Shown here: in pieces, positions 38,180-49,217 of the stretch
Numbering within the stretch: the first letter of the stretch is position 1
Layout of the letters: every line of letters begins with the position of its first letter
Assembly (NCBI GenBank): GCA_030295235.1
Contig: AP026128.1
Coordinates: 992,001-1,056,000 of the forward strand
DNA length: 64,000 nt
Direction of reading: 5' to 3'
Source of the DNA: Fistulifera solaris
Taxonomy: Eukaryota
Notes under the pieces: generated by a model
The model's database searches: none
What the model was told of the DNA's origin: nothing
Seen by the model: only the letters and a program-made list of their open reading frames with translations
Program-made: the position numbers and the translations under genes

Positions 38180-41100
38180 ATGGCGGAAGGAACTCCTGTG
38201 AAAGTGTACCCGTGGCACGCGAAGACCGCCGATGAATGCTTTCAAGAGCTCGGCTGCAAAAACGATCACTTGACGACGGGTCTGACGACGGAGGAAGCGA
38301 ATGCTCGTCTGCAGAAATATGGTGAAAACAAGCTCTCCGAGAAGGAGAAAGTGACTCTCTTGCAGCGTATCTGGAATCAAGTTGCCAATGTGTTGGTTGG
38401 TATCCTCGTCTTTGTTGCTCTCGTGTCCGCAATCCGTGCTGCGACGATCGAGACGACGGACGGGAAGATCACCAACACCATTCAAGTCTGTCTCATTATC
38501 TTTGTCATCACGTAAGTATTTGATTTAAGCAGCGTCTTACTATTGCTTGCGAGATTCGCTTTCTCATTCCTCCCTTCATGCAGCATCAACACCATCATCG
38601 GTATCGTTCAAGAAGGTTCCGCCGAAAAGGCCGCGGAAGCACTCAAGAACATGTTGTCGTCGGATGCTGTCGTCGTTCGTAACGGCAAGGATGTCAAGAT
38701 CCCTGCTACTCAGATCGTTCCTGGTGATGTCATCCGCCTCTCGCTCGGTGACCGTGTCCCTGCCGATATGCGCATGTTGCGTGTCGGGAACCTCGCTGCC
38801 TCCGAAGCCGCCTTGACCGGTGAATCCGTCCCCATTGACAAGACGGTGGATCCGATCGTGATTGCCGGAGATCCCAACTCGCAACCCCTCGGTGATCGTC
38901 ACAACATGTGCTACAGTACTACGCTTATTTCGCAAGGTACCGGAACCGGTGTTGCCATTGCGACGGGAGATCAGACGGAAATCGGTACGATCAACGCTCT
39001 TGTGAACAAGGTTGAGAAGAAGAAAACCAACGTGTTGGAGCAGATTGATAACGTGTCCAAGATTTTGGCAGTTGCCATCGCCATCACTTCGGGTATTACT
39101 TGGGCCGTTGCATCTACCATGGCCGATATGAGTATCGTCGACGGTCTTTCCACGGCTTTGGTCTGCGCTGTTGCCATGATTCCCGAAGGTTTGGAGGCTA
39201 TCGTCACCATGACCTATGCCTGGGCTGTATCGAACATGGCCAAGCAAAATGCTATCATCCGTGCCTTGCCCGCTGTTGAGACCCTTGGTAGTGTCACCGT
39301 TATCTGCTCTGATAAGACTGGTACCTTGACGAAGAACGAAATGACCTTGGTGGCATTTGTTACTTCTGGAAAGCGTTACAAGTTCAACCAGTACGCCGAG
39401 GAACGTAAGCCTACCAACTTTGTCGTTGACCCTGCTTACATGGCCACGCGTGCGGATCACTCCAAGTTCATCAAGGCGAGTGAGGTCATAAAGAAAGGAC
39501 CCAGTTACGCTCGCAAGTCCAAACACGGCAGCAGTAACACCTTCCCGTTCGGTATGACTCTTGGCTTCGGAAAGACAGCTCACGGAGGCGTCGAGCCCGA
39601 GGAACCCGAACCTATCAATGAGCTCAAGGAAGGAGAAGAGGGCGGTGTCGCTTTTGGTTCTGGTGAATCCCCCGACAGCGCTTTCTTGCGCAAAGTGCTT
39701 TCTGGTGGTATCCTCTGCTCCAAGTGTGTTTTGGGAGATGGTGGCGGTCGCCAAGGTGAAATTGGTAACCCCACGGAACTTTCGATTCTTCGTGCTGCCT
39801 ATTTTGGTGATGTTAATGTGTCCGAAGTCAAGGATAGTTCTGCGGTTGTCGCCGAAGTACCTTTCTCCAGTGAATACAAGTTCATGGCCACTGTTCACGA
39901 ACCAGTACCTGAAAATGACGGCGACGAATACGAAGGAAGCTATGTTGTGCACGTGAAGGGTGCTCCTGATCGCATGATCCCCCTTTGCAAGTATCAAGCC
40001 AAGAATGGTTCTTTCGCTAAGGCTGACTTGGAGCCTTGCGACTCAAAGTACTGGATTGAGCAGATTGCAATTCTTTCGTCTCACGGTTTGCGCGTCTTGG
40101 CTTTGACTCGCGGTTCGGTCCCCAAGGATGCTGTCAAAGAAGGACAACAGCTTGGCGCTGATTTTGTCTTGGAACGTGGCGAGCCCTGGTTGACGATTGT
40201 TGGATTGTGTGCCATCATGGATCCTCCCCGTCCCGAGTGTGTTGCTGCTGTAGCGGAAGCTCATGGAGCTGGTGTTCGTGTTGCCATGATTACTGGTGAC
40301 CACCGCGATACGGCTTTGGCTATTGGTGGTATGTTGGGACTAGTTGACAAACAACATTCGGACGCTATTACCGGTCCTGAGTTGGATGCCATGAGTGACG
40401 ACGAACTGAAAGTTGCTGTCCAGAAATACAATGTGTTCGCACGCGCTTCACCGCAAAACAAGATCAAGATTGTCAAGGCTCTGATGTCTCAAGGAGAAAT
40501 TGCTGGTATGACTGGAGATGGCGTGAATGATGCTCCGGCGTTGAAGGCTGCCGACAGTAAGTATTTCAACAAATTCGTCGTATCTTTTTTTAACACCAAT
40601 TAGTTGCTAACATATAACTTCAAAAAAATATAGTGGGGGTTGCCATGGGCAAGGAAGGCACCGATGTCGCCCGCGAGGCTGCTGAAATGATTTTGGCTGA
40701 TGATAACTTTGCTACTATCATCTCTGCTGTCAGGGAAGGCCGTGTTGTGTGGGACAATCTTCGCAAGGTTTTGTTCGTCAACACGCCTATCAATAATGCT
40801 CAGGGAATGAGTGTGCTCTTTGGTCTATTGTTGGGTTTGGAGGAGTCCCCCCTCTCTTCCATTCAAGTGTTGTACTGTAACTTGATCTGTGCCATCACGC
40901 TGGGTTTTGTTACAGCCGTTGAGCCTGCCGAAGATGGTATCATGGATCAGCCCCTCGCCGTATTGGAAAACGCCTCATTGGTCGTTTCCTTTTCCTTCGC
41001 ATTGCCCTGGCTACGATCACTCTAATTGTTGCCACAGTTGGATCTGTCTTTGTTCTCAAAAACAATTCCAAAAATTACACGCTCGAAGAAGAGCGCGCGC

Positions 41101-41507
41101 AGTGCCTCAATACGCTTTCATTTGCTGCCATTTGCGTGACGATGAGCGCGCGCTTCACACGAAAGAGCGCCTTCCATATCCGTACGTTCCGAGGAAATCC
41201 GGTTGCTATTTGGTCTTACGTAATCATGAGCGTGCTACAGATCTTCATTACTTACACGCCAGGCTTGAATGAGGTCATTTTCAGCCAGACTGCCATGGAT
41301 GGCTTCCAGTGGCTCTTGGTGTTGATTGGCATGGCAATGGTTTTTGTTGTTATGGAATTCGAAAAGGCGGTCCGCAACTACTTGACCTTCTTGAAATACG
41401 ATACCGACGATCGTGAGCTCGACCAGTTCGACACTGTACCCGCACCCGACACCACACCTCTTCCTGCTGAGGTGGAACGATTTGGAAAGAATGAGTTGAA
41501 GCATTAA
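38180..41507 (+). CDS. P-type II cation-transporting ATPase
   Basis: [32 protein letters not shown] and [12 protein letters not shown]. Introns 38512-38583 and 40557-40633. Frameshifts in the last exon (~40955 onward). Confidence 0.95.
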
Positions 41508-41678
41508 GTAGTATGCTCAACTATTTTTGTCTGTCCGTTTGTGTTTTGTTGGGTCATCAGTAATCATTTGGTTGAAAGATTGGTAATTAAGTAAGGATAG
41601 AAACTTTATATCATCACAATCGTTGCATTTTTAGCTGGAAGAAACAATGCTTACACTGTATATAGTTTTCTGGAACCA

Positions 41679-42060
41679 CGTGATTTCACTCCCTTAGTCT
41701 TCTCCATCGACGGTATGATGGGACAGCAAGCTATTTCGGCATCGAGACAACTTGCAAGGAAGCTTCAGCGGAAGTGGAACAAGCCATACTCAGAGATTTG
41801 TGGGTTCATCAGAGCGCGCATGAGTCTTTCTCTGGTTTGGTCGGTTAGTATGCTTCTTCGGAATCCAAGAGAAGGGATGCCAAGACGATTTCCCCCTCGT
41901 TGGGAAACGGTCCTAGAACTCACTCGGCAAAATGCCAAATCGGAATCGGAATATTTGTGACAAAAGCGAAAAACAGTGGAAAATTCAGTCGAATGAAAAA
42001 ATTCATTCGGACTTTAGGAAATTAGGAATAAATATTTAGGAATTACGGAGTATTTTTTAA
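41679..42060 (+). mobile_element. 5'-truncated non-LTR retrotransposon fragment (RLE/CRE-like C-terminus)
   Basis: 'RDFTPLVFSIDGMMG...LARKLQRKWNKPYSEICGFIRARMSLSLV' resembles the end of restriction-like endonuclease domains. It interrupts a repeat unit. Confidence 0.7.
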
Positions 42061-42880
42061 GCACAGTAGTCTTACTCTGTGAGAAGAAAACACCCGGCCC
42101 AGATTTTCTGGACCATCCAAAGAGAATTTCTGTACCAGGTATGACGGGATCGCTGTTTCCAGATAATCTGGAAATTACACAAAAATTGTTTGTCGAAATC
42201 ACCGTCTCATTTTTGGAAGTAATACAGCATCAAACAATCTAGTATGTTCAATTACACCGTGTATAGATTTTTTCTGGAACAAAAGTTTCAAAAAAAGCAC
42301 AGTACCTCTGTGAGAAGAAAACACCCGGTCCAGAATTTCTGGACCAATCAAACAGAATTTCTGTACGACGGGATCGCTATTTCCAGATAATCTGGAAATC
42401 ACACAAAAGCTGTTTGTCGAAACCGCCGTCTCATTTTTGGAAGTAATGCAGCATCCCCCAACCAAATATGATCCTTTACACCGTGTAGTATAAAGCTTCT
42501 GGAACCAGCACAGTACCTCTGCGAGAAGAAAACACCCGGTTTGGAATTTCTGGACCATCCAAGCAGAAATTCTGTATGGCGGGATCGCTGTTTCCAGTAC
42601 TCTGGAAATCCTACAAAAGTTGTTTGTCGAAACCACCGTCTCATTTTTTAAAAAAGTAATTTTGCATTAGCCAATCTGGTATGAACTTATACACGCTGCA
42701 TAGATTTTTTGGAACCAGCACAGAACCTCTGCGAAGAAAACACTCGGTTTGGAATTTTTGGACCATCCAAGCAGAATTTCTGTATGACGGGATAGCCGTT
42801 TCCAGACAATCTGGAAATCACACAAATGCTGTTTGTCGAAACCACCGTCTCATATGGTTTAATCTATTACACCGTGTCCA
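42061..42880. repeat. Diverged tandem repeat, ~210-bp unit x ~4 (plus a partial unit at ~41630-41678)
   Basis: GCACAG..CTCTG(T/C)GAGAAGAAAACAC at 42061, 42297, 42508 and 42718. Confidence 0.9.
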
Positions 42881-43663
42881 TACAGAGCGCAGCTTATGTC
42901 GAAAGTCTCATTCAAAGCTGTTCGACAAATTTACGAGATAAATAAAGAATCGCATAGCCTTTGCCTGGGCGAGACGAATGCGACTGGGTTTTGGTCATTT
43001 TTCACGCCAATTCACTCTGCAAACTTGCTGAAATGTGGTTATGTTTCTTATTTTTTGAAATAAACTTATATCCGCGCTTCTACATGATGGCCAGGCAATG
43101 TTTGAGAATCTCCATGGTTCGAGCATCAAGGATCTGTGCCTGAGGATACCGGTACCGTAACTTGTCTTGACACAATGTGCCTCAAAAACAACATTCGGAA
43201 CTTTGTAATTGCAGGATAGCATTAAAGACGACGGACTTCCATCGACACTCACAACAGGGTTGTGCGAGTCGCATGGCGGAAAAAAGGAAAAGCACAATGC
43301 GTGGCCTTTCGCGTTCGACGCACCCGAAATTTTCCTCGAGACAACACAATTTCTCCGTTAGCGCCTAGAAGGACCCTCGAATTGAAAACAGAAGAACCTA
43401 GAACAGCGTCAAGCTAGATTTATTTAAAGACATGGTAATGCCGCATTTTTGTTGTTTTTGTCGATCAAGAGGTATATGGACATACCTCTTGTGTCGATCG
43501 CAAACATTATTTGATGCCCCGTGAAAATTACGAGTACTCCGTATAATAAAGAAGAATAAAAAACAGCATATCATTCAGATTTTCTGTCTGTTATATATAA
43601 CAGGGATTGTGTCTACTACCTGGTAACCTTACAAAGTACTGGTATAGTACAAACAAACAGTCA

Positions 43664-44155
43664 TGCACTTCAGCCATGAATCAAAATTCTTTCGAGCGAC
43701 GGATGTTACCTACAAGTCGTTCGATCGCCCAGTTTCTTGAACGTTAGTTGTCATTGTTGCAATGAAACAGTCTGGTTTCAAAAAAAAAGTCTTCAACATT
43801 GTTGTCATTATAAGTCATTATACGTCGATATATTTACGTCGAAGAGCCTTGTAAAACGTTGTCTGTCTTATTTTACTATAGACCCAAAGTGTTGGTTTAC
43901 GGAGACCACGACTGCATTTCAGTCATGAATCAATATTGTTTCGAGCGACGGATGTTACCTAGAAGTCGTTCGATCGCCCAGTTTCTTTAGCTTTAATTGT
44001 CATTGTTGCAATGAAACAGGCTTCAACAGTGTTGTCATTATAAGTCATTATACGTCGATATATTTACGTCGAAGAGCCTTGTAAAACGTTGTCTGTCTTA
44101 TTTTACTATAGACCCAAAGTGTTGGTTTACGGAGACCACGACTTCATTTCTGTCA
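43664..44155. repeat. Direct tandem duplication, ~245 bp x 2
   Basis: CATGAATCAA..TTCGAGCGACGGATGTTACCTA... through GGAGACCACGACT occurs twice. Confidence 0.92.
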
Positions 44156-44262
44156 TTCATCTTTATAGCATGCCGGAAGCCGCAAGAATGCGCGCTGCTT
44201 CGTCACAAGTCGCAACCATTGTCATTTTTCTCCTTCATTTTTTCCCTGACAATTAATAAAGA

Positions 44263-45140
44263 ATGAAATTCACCACGTTTATTTCCTGCGTTTGGAAGAT
44301 TTTTCTTGATCTTGGCGGCGCAACCCCTTTTCAGCTTCGCCGACGAAAAGCAGAATTGTGTGCCGGGTCTTCACAATGTGACGAATACAAACAGGAAAGC
44401 ACCGCCGCGTTTCACAGTATCATGGAAAACAACCGCCGATCCCGTAACAGAGATTGTCATTGAAGTCATTCGTGAATGGAGTCCGACCGGGGCGGATCGC
44501 TTTTATCAGTTGGTCCTTGATAACTTTTACAATTGCGCTACTTTCTTTCGCGTTGTTCCGGGTAAGTTGTTCGAACAGATCTTATGCCAAGAGTACCTCT
44601 TTGACTCATTTTTTGCTAGGCTTCGTAATTCAATTCGGTTTGGCGGCCGAACCCGAAGAAACGGCGAAGTGGGATCACCCCATTGTCGATGACACATACA
44701 ATGTGCAATCGAATACACTCGGGACGCTCAGTTTCGCCATGGCCGGTCCAGGAACGCGCACATCGCAAATCTTTGTGAATCTTGCCGACAATACCAACCT
44801 GGATAGCCAAGGATTCACGCCGTTTGCTCGAACAATCTCTGGCTTTTCGGTATGGCATGAGATTTACAACCCTACCAAAGAGTCGGGAGGAGCGAGTCAA
44901 GGAAAGTTGACACGAGAAGGAAACAAGTGGATTCTCGCCGAATTTCCCGATATTGATCTCATTCTATCCACTTCTTACGAAATCATTGAAAATGGCGACG
45001 ACACGAATGATGTACCTGTACCGGCAACAACCAATGAAGCAGGCCTGGACACTCCAGTCGCAACAGAATCGCGAAATTTACAGCTCGCCTTGTGTGCGTT
45101 GGAAGTGACTGTGCTATTATTTTTGATCAAATTCTACTAA
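44263..45140 (+). CDS. Cyclophilin-type peptidyl-prolyl isomerase, probably secreted or membrane-anchored
   Basis: FFRVVPGFVIQFG (intron 44562-44619), GTLSFAMAGPGTRTSQIFVNL and a hydrophobic C-terminus. N-terminal frameshift. Confidence 0.9.
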
Positions 45141-45194
45141 TCCACTAGGATACAGCCCTACAGGGTGTACAAGCGTGATGCTACTATGCCCCGT

Positions 45195-48100
45195 TTAGAT
45201 TGTCTGCGTGATTTCGAAATAGTTCAAGTTCCAACCCCAGCTTGTGGACCTGAGAAGAACAGTGTATTTTCCGGCAGGTAGCTGTACTTGAATCGTCTCT
45301 GAAGCCCAAGACTGCCATCCTCCAGTCGAGGAGAACGACGCTCGCCCCAATACTTTTCCGCTTGATTCGATCTCCAACTGAAGACCACCGCCAGACATAC
45401 TGGAATAGCGAAAGTGTACATGGAAGGTTCCTGCAGTATTCACATTGATATTGTGTGCTATCCAGCCATCACCGCTTGGCCACCCGCTATTTTGACCACC
45501 TCCGATATCTTGCGTGTTCTCGGTTGACACACGCTGCATGTTACAAAACCCTTCAGCTTCCAACCGAGTTCGCCCAGAAACGCTTGCAAAGGGTGCACCA
45601 AGGCAACCTGTCAATGCCAAAATGGCGCCGTCATTTCGAACGACATGGCGCAAAAGAGAGGCATCCGCGACTTGCATCATGGCATTGCGTGTAAACGTAG
45701 CGTCCGGTTTCGAACCGCCATTGCGCCAGTAATACAGCAGTGTCTGATAATCAGTCGGCACACTCATAGAAAATACACCCGATGTCGACTGCATTTTTTT
45801 GAGAGTCCAATAGGCCCATCCTATGGAATTGCTCTCTAAAAGACGCACCGAGTCTCTGTACCAACCGTCAGTGTTTTCTCCGGACTCGCCCATCCACAGG
45901 GGAACTTGATGCTGGTTGCTCAACGACAGATAATCTTGAATCGTCCACACGCTGTTGTCGATCCAGTATCTATGGAAGCTTAAGACGACGGTGTCGTCAT
46001 TCATGGGCCATAGCCCATTGTGGTTATTACCCCAACAATTGCCTTCGATGTAAATGGCGTGGTTTCTGTCAACCTCCCGAATGGCGACAATGACACGATC
46101 GTAAAAGTCTTTCAGAGGGCCGTTGACAGTATCGTCACAACCATTTCCATTACCACCGGAGAACCCCCAATTCGGCTCATTGAGAAGATCATATCCAGCA
46201 ACCCAAGGCTCGTTCGCATAACGTACGGCAATCTTTTTCCACAAAGCTATCGTTTTGCGAACATTTTCTGGATCTTCCCACAAACTTGGCTTGGTGTCAT
46301 CGAAGTCGGAAATTTTGGAATCGCGACCCTGTCCACCAGGAGCAGCATGCAAGTCAATAATCAAATACATCTTTTCGGCGATGCACCATTCAAGCAACAA
46401 ATCAAGACGAGCAAAACTGCTTTCGATCCAAGTATCGTTTCCTCGAACAGGCTCGTTTTCAATGGGTAGTGTGAACAAGTTGTAGTGCAGCGCGGCACGG
46501 ATCGAGTTGAAGCCAGCTGCTTTCAAGGCTTGCACGTCTTCGAAGGTCATCCATTTGTCCAGCCATGCTTGTTGATAATCAGCAACACCTGTTTGCCCCA
46601 TCAATTCGGCAAGTTCCGCAAAGAACTCGTATTGTCCTTTAAAATCATTTCTCAACATGTATGGTTCTTGGATCATCCAGCCACCCAATCCCATTCCTCT
46701 TAGCAGTAAAGACTGCCCATTCGGATCAACAATTTCCTGCTTGTTGGCTTTCACAAACCCAGATGGAACGACAGGTTCTTTTTTCTCGATTTCAATCCAA
46801 TTGATATTCCACCCAGCAGCAAGAACAGTTAATTCAAGCGGCCATCGCCCAGCAGACAGTTTGACTTCGTGACGAATTGTGACCCAATTCTGCCAACCAC
46901 CAGTGCTCGGAAGAGTGTTCTTGATTGCCAGTGTAACCGAGTTGGTCGATATTTTATATGCGCCATCGCCGCTAAACGAAGCAACGCGAAAGCTAACGAA
47001 GTAATTATCTTCTTCTGGCACATCGAGGTACCAGGTCATCCAGTCGCCGCTTTCCAGATACCCAACATTTTCTCCTCCCCAACTGTCGCTCGTTGGTTCG
47101 ATTCGAACACCAGAGCTAGAGCAAAATGCTTCGGCTTCGATACGCGTAGCTCCGGCTACTTTGAAGATTTGACAGCCGGTATCAATGTAGTCAGTGGGGC
47201 TGTTCGAATGAACCGCATCTGGTTGTTTGAAAGGTGCTAGAGATGGGAAAACCGAAGGAGAGTTTCCCACTGGCAATTCAACTACTTTGAGGGTTGGGCT
47301 CTGCGAGGGAGATTTCGACGGAAGGGCTGAAGGCAATTGAGTGGGCATAAGGCTTGGCGTTTTACTTGGAAATCTGGACGGAAAGGAAGAAGGAGTTCTC
47401 GACTGTTCGCTTGTTGGTCCTTGAGAGGGTGACATGGGCAGAACCCCAGAAAAGCTGATATCAAGCCAGTGGATATTCCAGCCATCATCGAGAACTGTTA
47501 GCACAAGTTGCGTAATGCCAGCCTCTAGTTTGATTTCCTGTTCGATCGTGATCCAATTCTGCCATCCGCCCGTGCTCGGAAAGGGGTCGCTAATGATTAA
47601 ACTTGTTGTTCCGTTCGAAATAGCAAAAGATCCTTCGCCTGAATAAGATGCTATTCGATATCGGATGATGTAGTCACCGCCTTGCGTTACATCGGCGTAC
47701 CAGCTCATCCAGTCACCTCTTCCCAGATACCCCACATTGGTTCCTCCACCGATGTCGTTCGTAGGCTCAACTTGCACGCCGTAGCTAGAACAAAATGCAC
47801 TCTCATCGATTTGAACTGGACCAAAGCCTACCTGAAACTGTTGACAATTCGACTCGTTGAGCTTTTCAAATTCAATCCAGTTCAGATTGAATCCTCCTTG
47901 AAGTATTCTGAGGGTTAGCGTTTTTGGCCACTCTGCAGTTCGACCAAATCATGGACAGTTTCCCAATTCTGCCACCAGCCCGTACTCGGTAGCTTGTCGC
48001 GCAAGGCTATGTTTTGCGTCTTCAAGGATAGGGTGAACGCTCCGTCACCGGAGAACGACGCGAGTCGATAGCGCACAACGTAGAAGCCACTTTCCTTGAC

Positions 48101-48316
48101 GTCAATATTCCAAGTTACCCAATCGTTCACGTCAAGCCAACCGATATTAGAGCCGCCCCCAACATCGGAACAAGGTTCGACTTGAACACCAAAGCTTGAA
48201 CAGAAGGCAGCAGCATCGATTTGTGTTGGAGTGTATCCTGTGCCGACTCCGAAAAGCTGACAGCCCTGAGCTTGCTGTAAAGTTGTAGCAACCAGGGCAA
48301 TTATAATGCTACTCAA
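45195..48316 (-). CDS. Modular GH5 glucanase: CBM6-CBM6-(P/S/T linker)-CBM6-GH5-CBM6
   Basis: LRGMGLGGWMIQEPYM, YDLLNEP (acid/base) and WMGESGEN (nucleophile). Four CBM6-like modules (STGGWQNW...GWNINW). Hydrophobic N-terminus. Frameshift near 47920. True start unresolved. Confidence 0.9.
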
Positions 48317-49034
48317 CTAGAACATTTGCTAAACTATTGGAAATTCCTTCAAATAACAATTTCGATTCGGCGAATCGGAATGAAATGAATGCAAATCGAA
48401 AGGAGAAGCCAAGTTCAGCTCGCGCAAACGCTAAACGCTTCATCCTTCCTCCAAATTTCAAAGAAAAGATGTTCGTTAACACGTAACACTCCCTTAGCTG
48501 ATGAGTAATGTAAAAGAGTAGATAACAATTCGAGCTGTTTACACGTGCATACAACATAATAATACAAAAAAGGACTGTACACAAAGGATACCAAGTAACA
48601 AGGAAAGACGAAAACACCGAAAGATACAGATAGATACAGATACAAGGATCACAGATCACAGCACAAAGATCGGAGATCACAGATCACGAAACCGGACGTC
48701 TCACGTCTTACACACACATCACACATCGCACCACATGTGTGTAACAAGTTGAGATTATTTGTGAGATGCGAGATGCGAGAGCGAGAGAGGGACGCTTTTT
48801 GAAATTTGAAGTCTGAAAAATTGCGAAGTGCGAAGTGTGAATAATGAATAATGTAACGTTATACGGAACACGATGTACTGAGTACAGTACGAAGTACCAG
48901 TATCAAATACTACCTACTGCTCGTTTATGCCTTGGTGACGGTGACTTGATGACTTGATGATACATGGTAATAAAGAACTTATGAAAATGATCAGTGATTG
49001 AATTGCATAGTTTTACCTGAGTTTTACGACTAAG

Positions 49035-49217
49035 TGATAAAACGTAGCGAATCGATTGAATTGCAAACAAACAAATTTATAAAGTTAACGTGTGTTACAT
49101 CGCTGGTTCCGCGAGGGTCTTTTCAGTCTTTTCAAACCTTCGCTTCGCCGTTTATGTCGGCACCCGGCTAACCCCAATCCTTAGGATAGCCCGTGATCGA
49201 CACACCACATTTTAACA
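49035..49217 (-). repeat. 3' LTR (183 bp)
   Basis: Direct repeat of 55663-55841, adjacent to the polypurine tract. Confidence 0.95.

Noticed and set aside
38576..39997. 473-aa antisense ORF
   Set aside because: Shadow of the codon-biased ATPase on the opposite strand.
43020..43370. Possible hAT dimerisation-domain remnant ('YPRFYMMARQCL')
   Set aside because: Too short and degenerate, with no TIRs or other transposase motifs.
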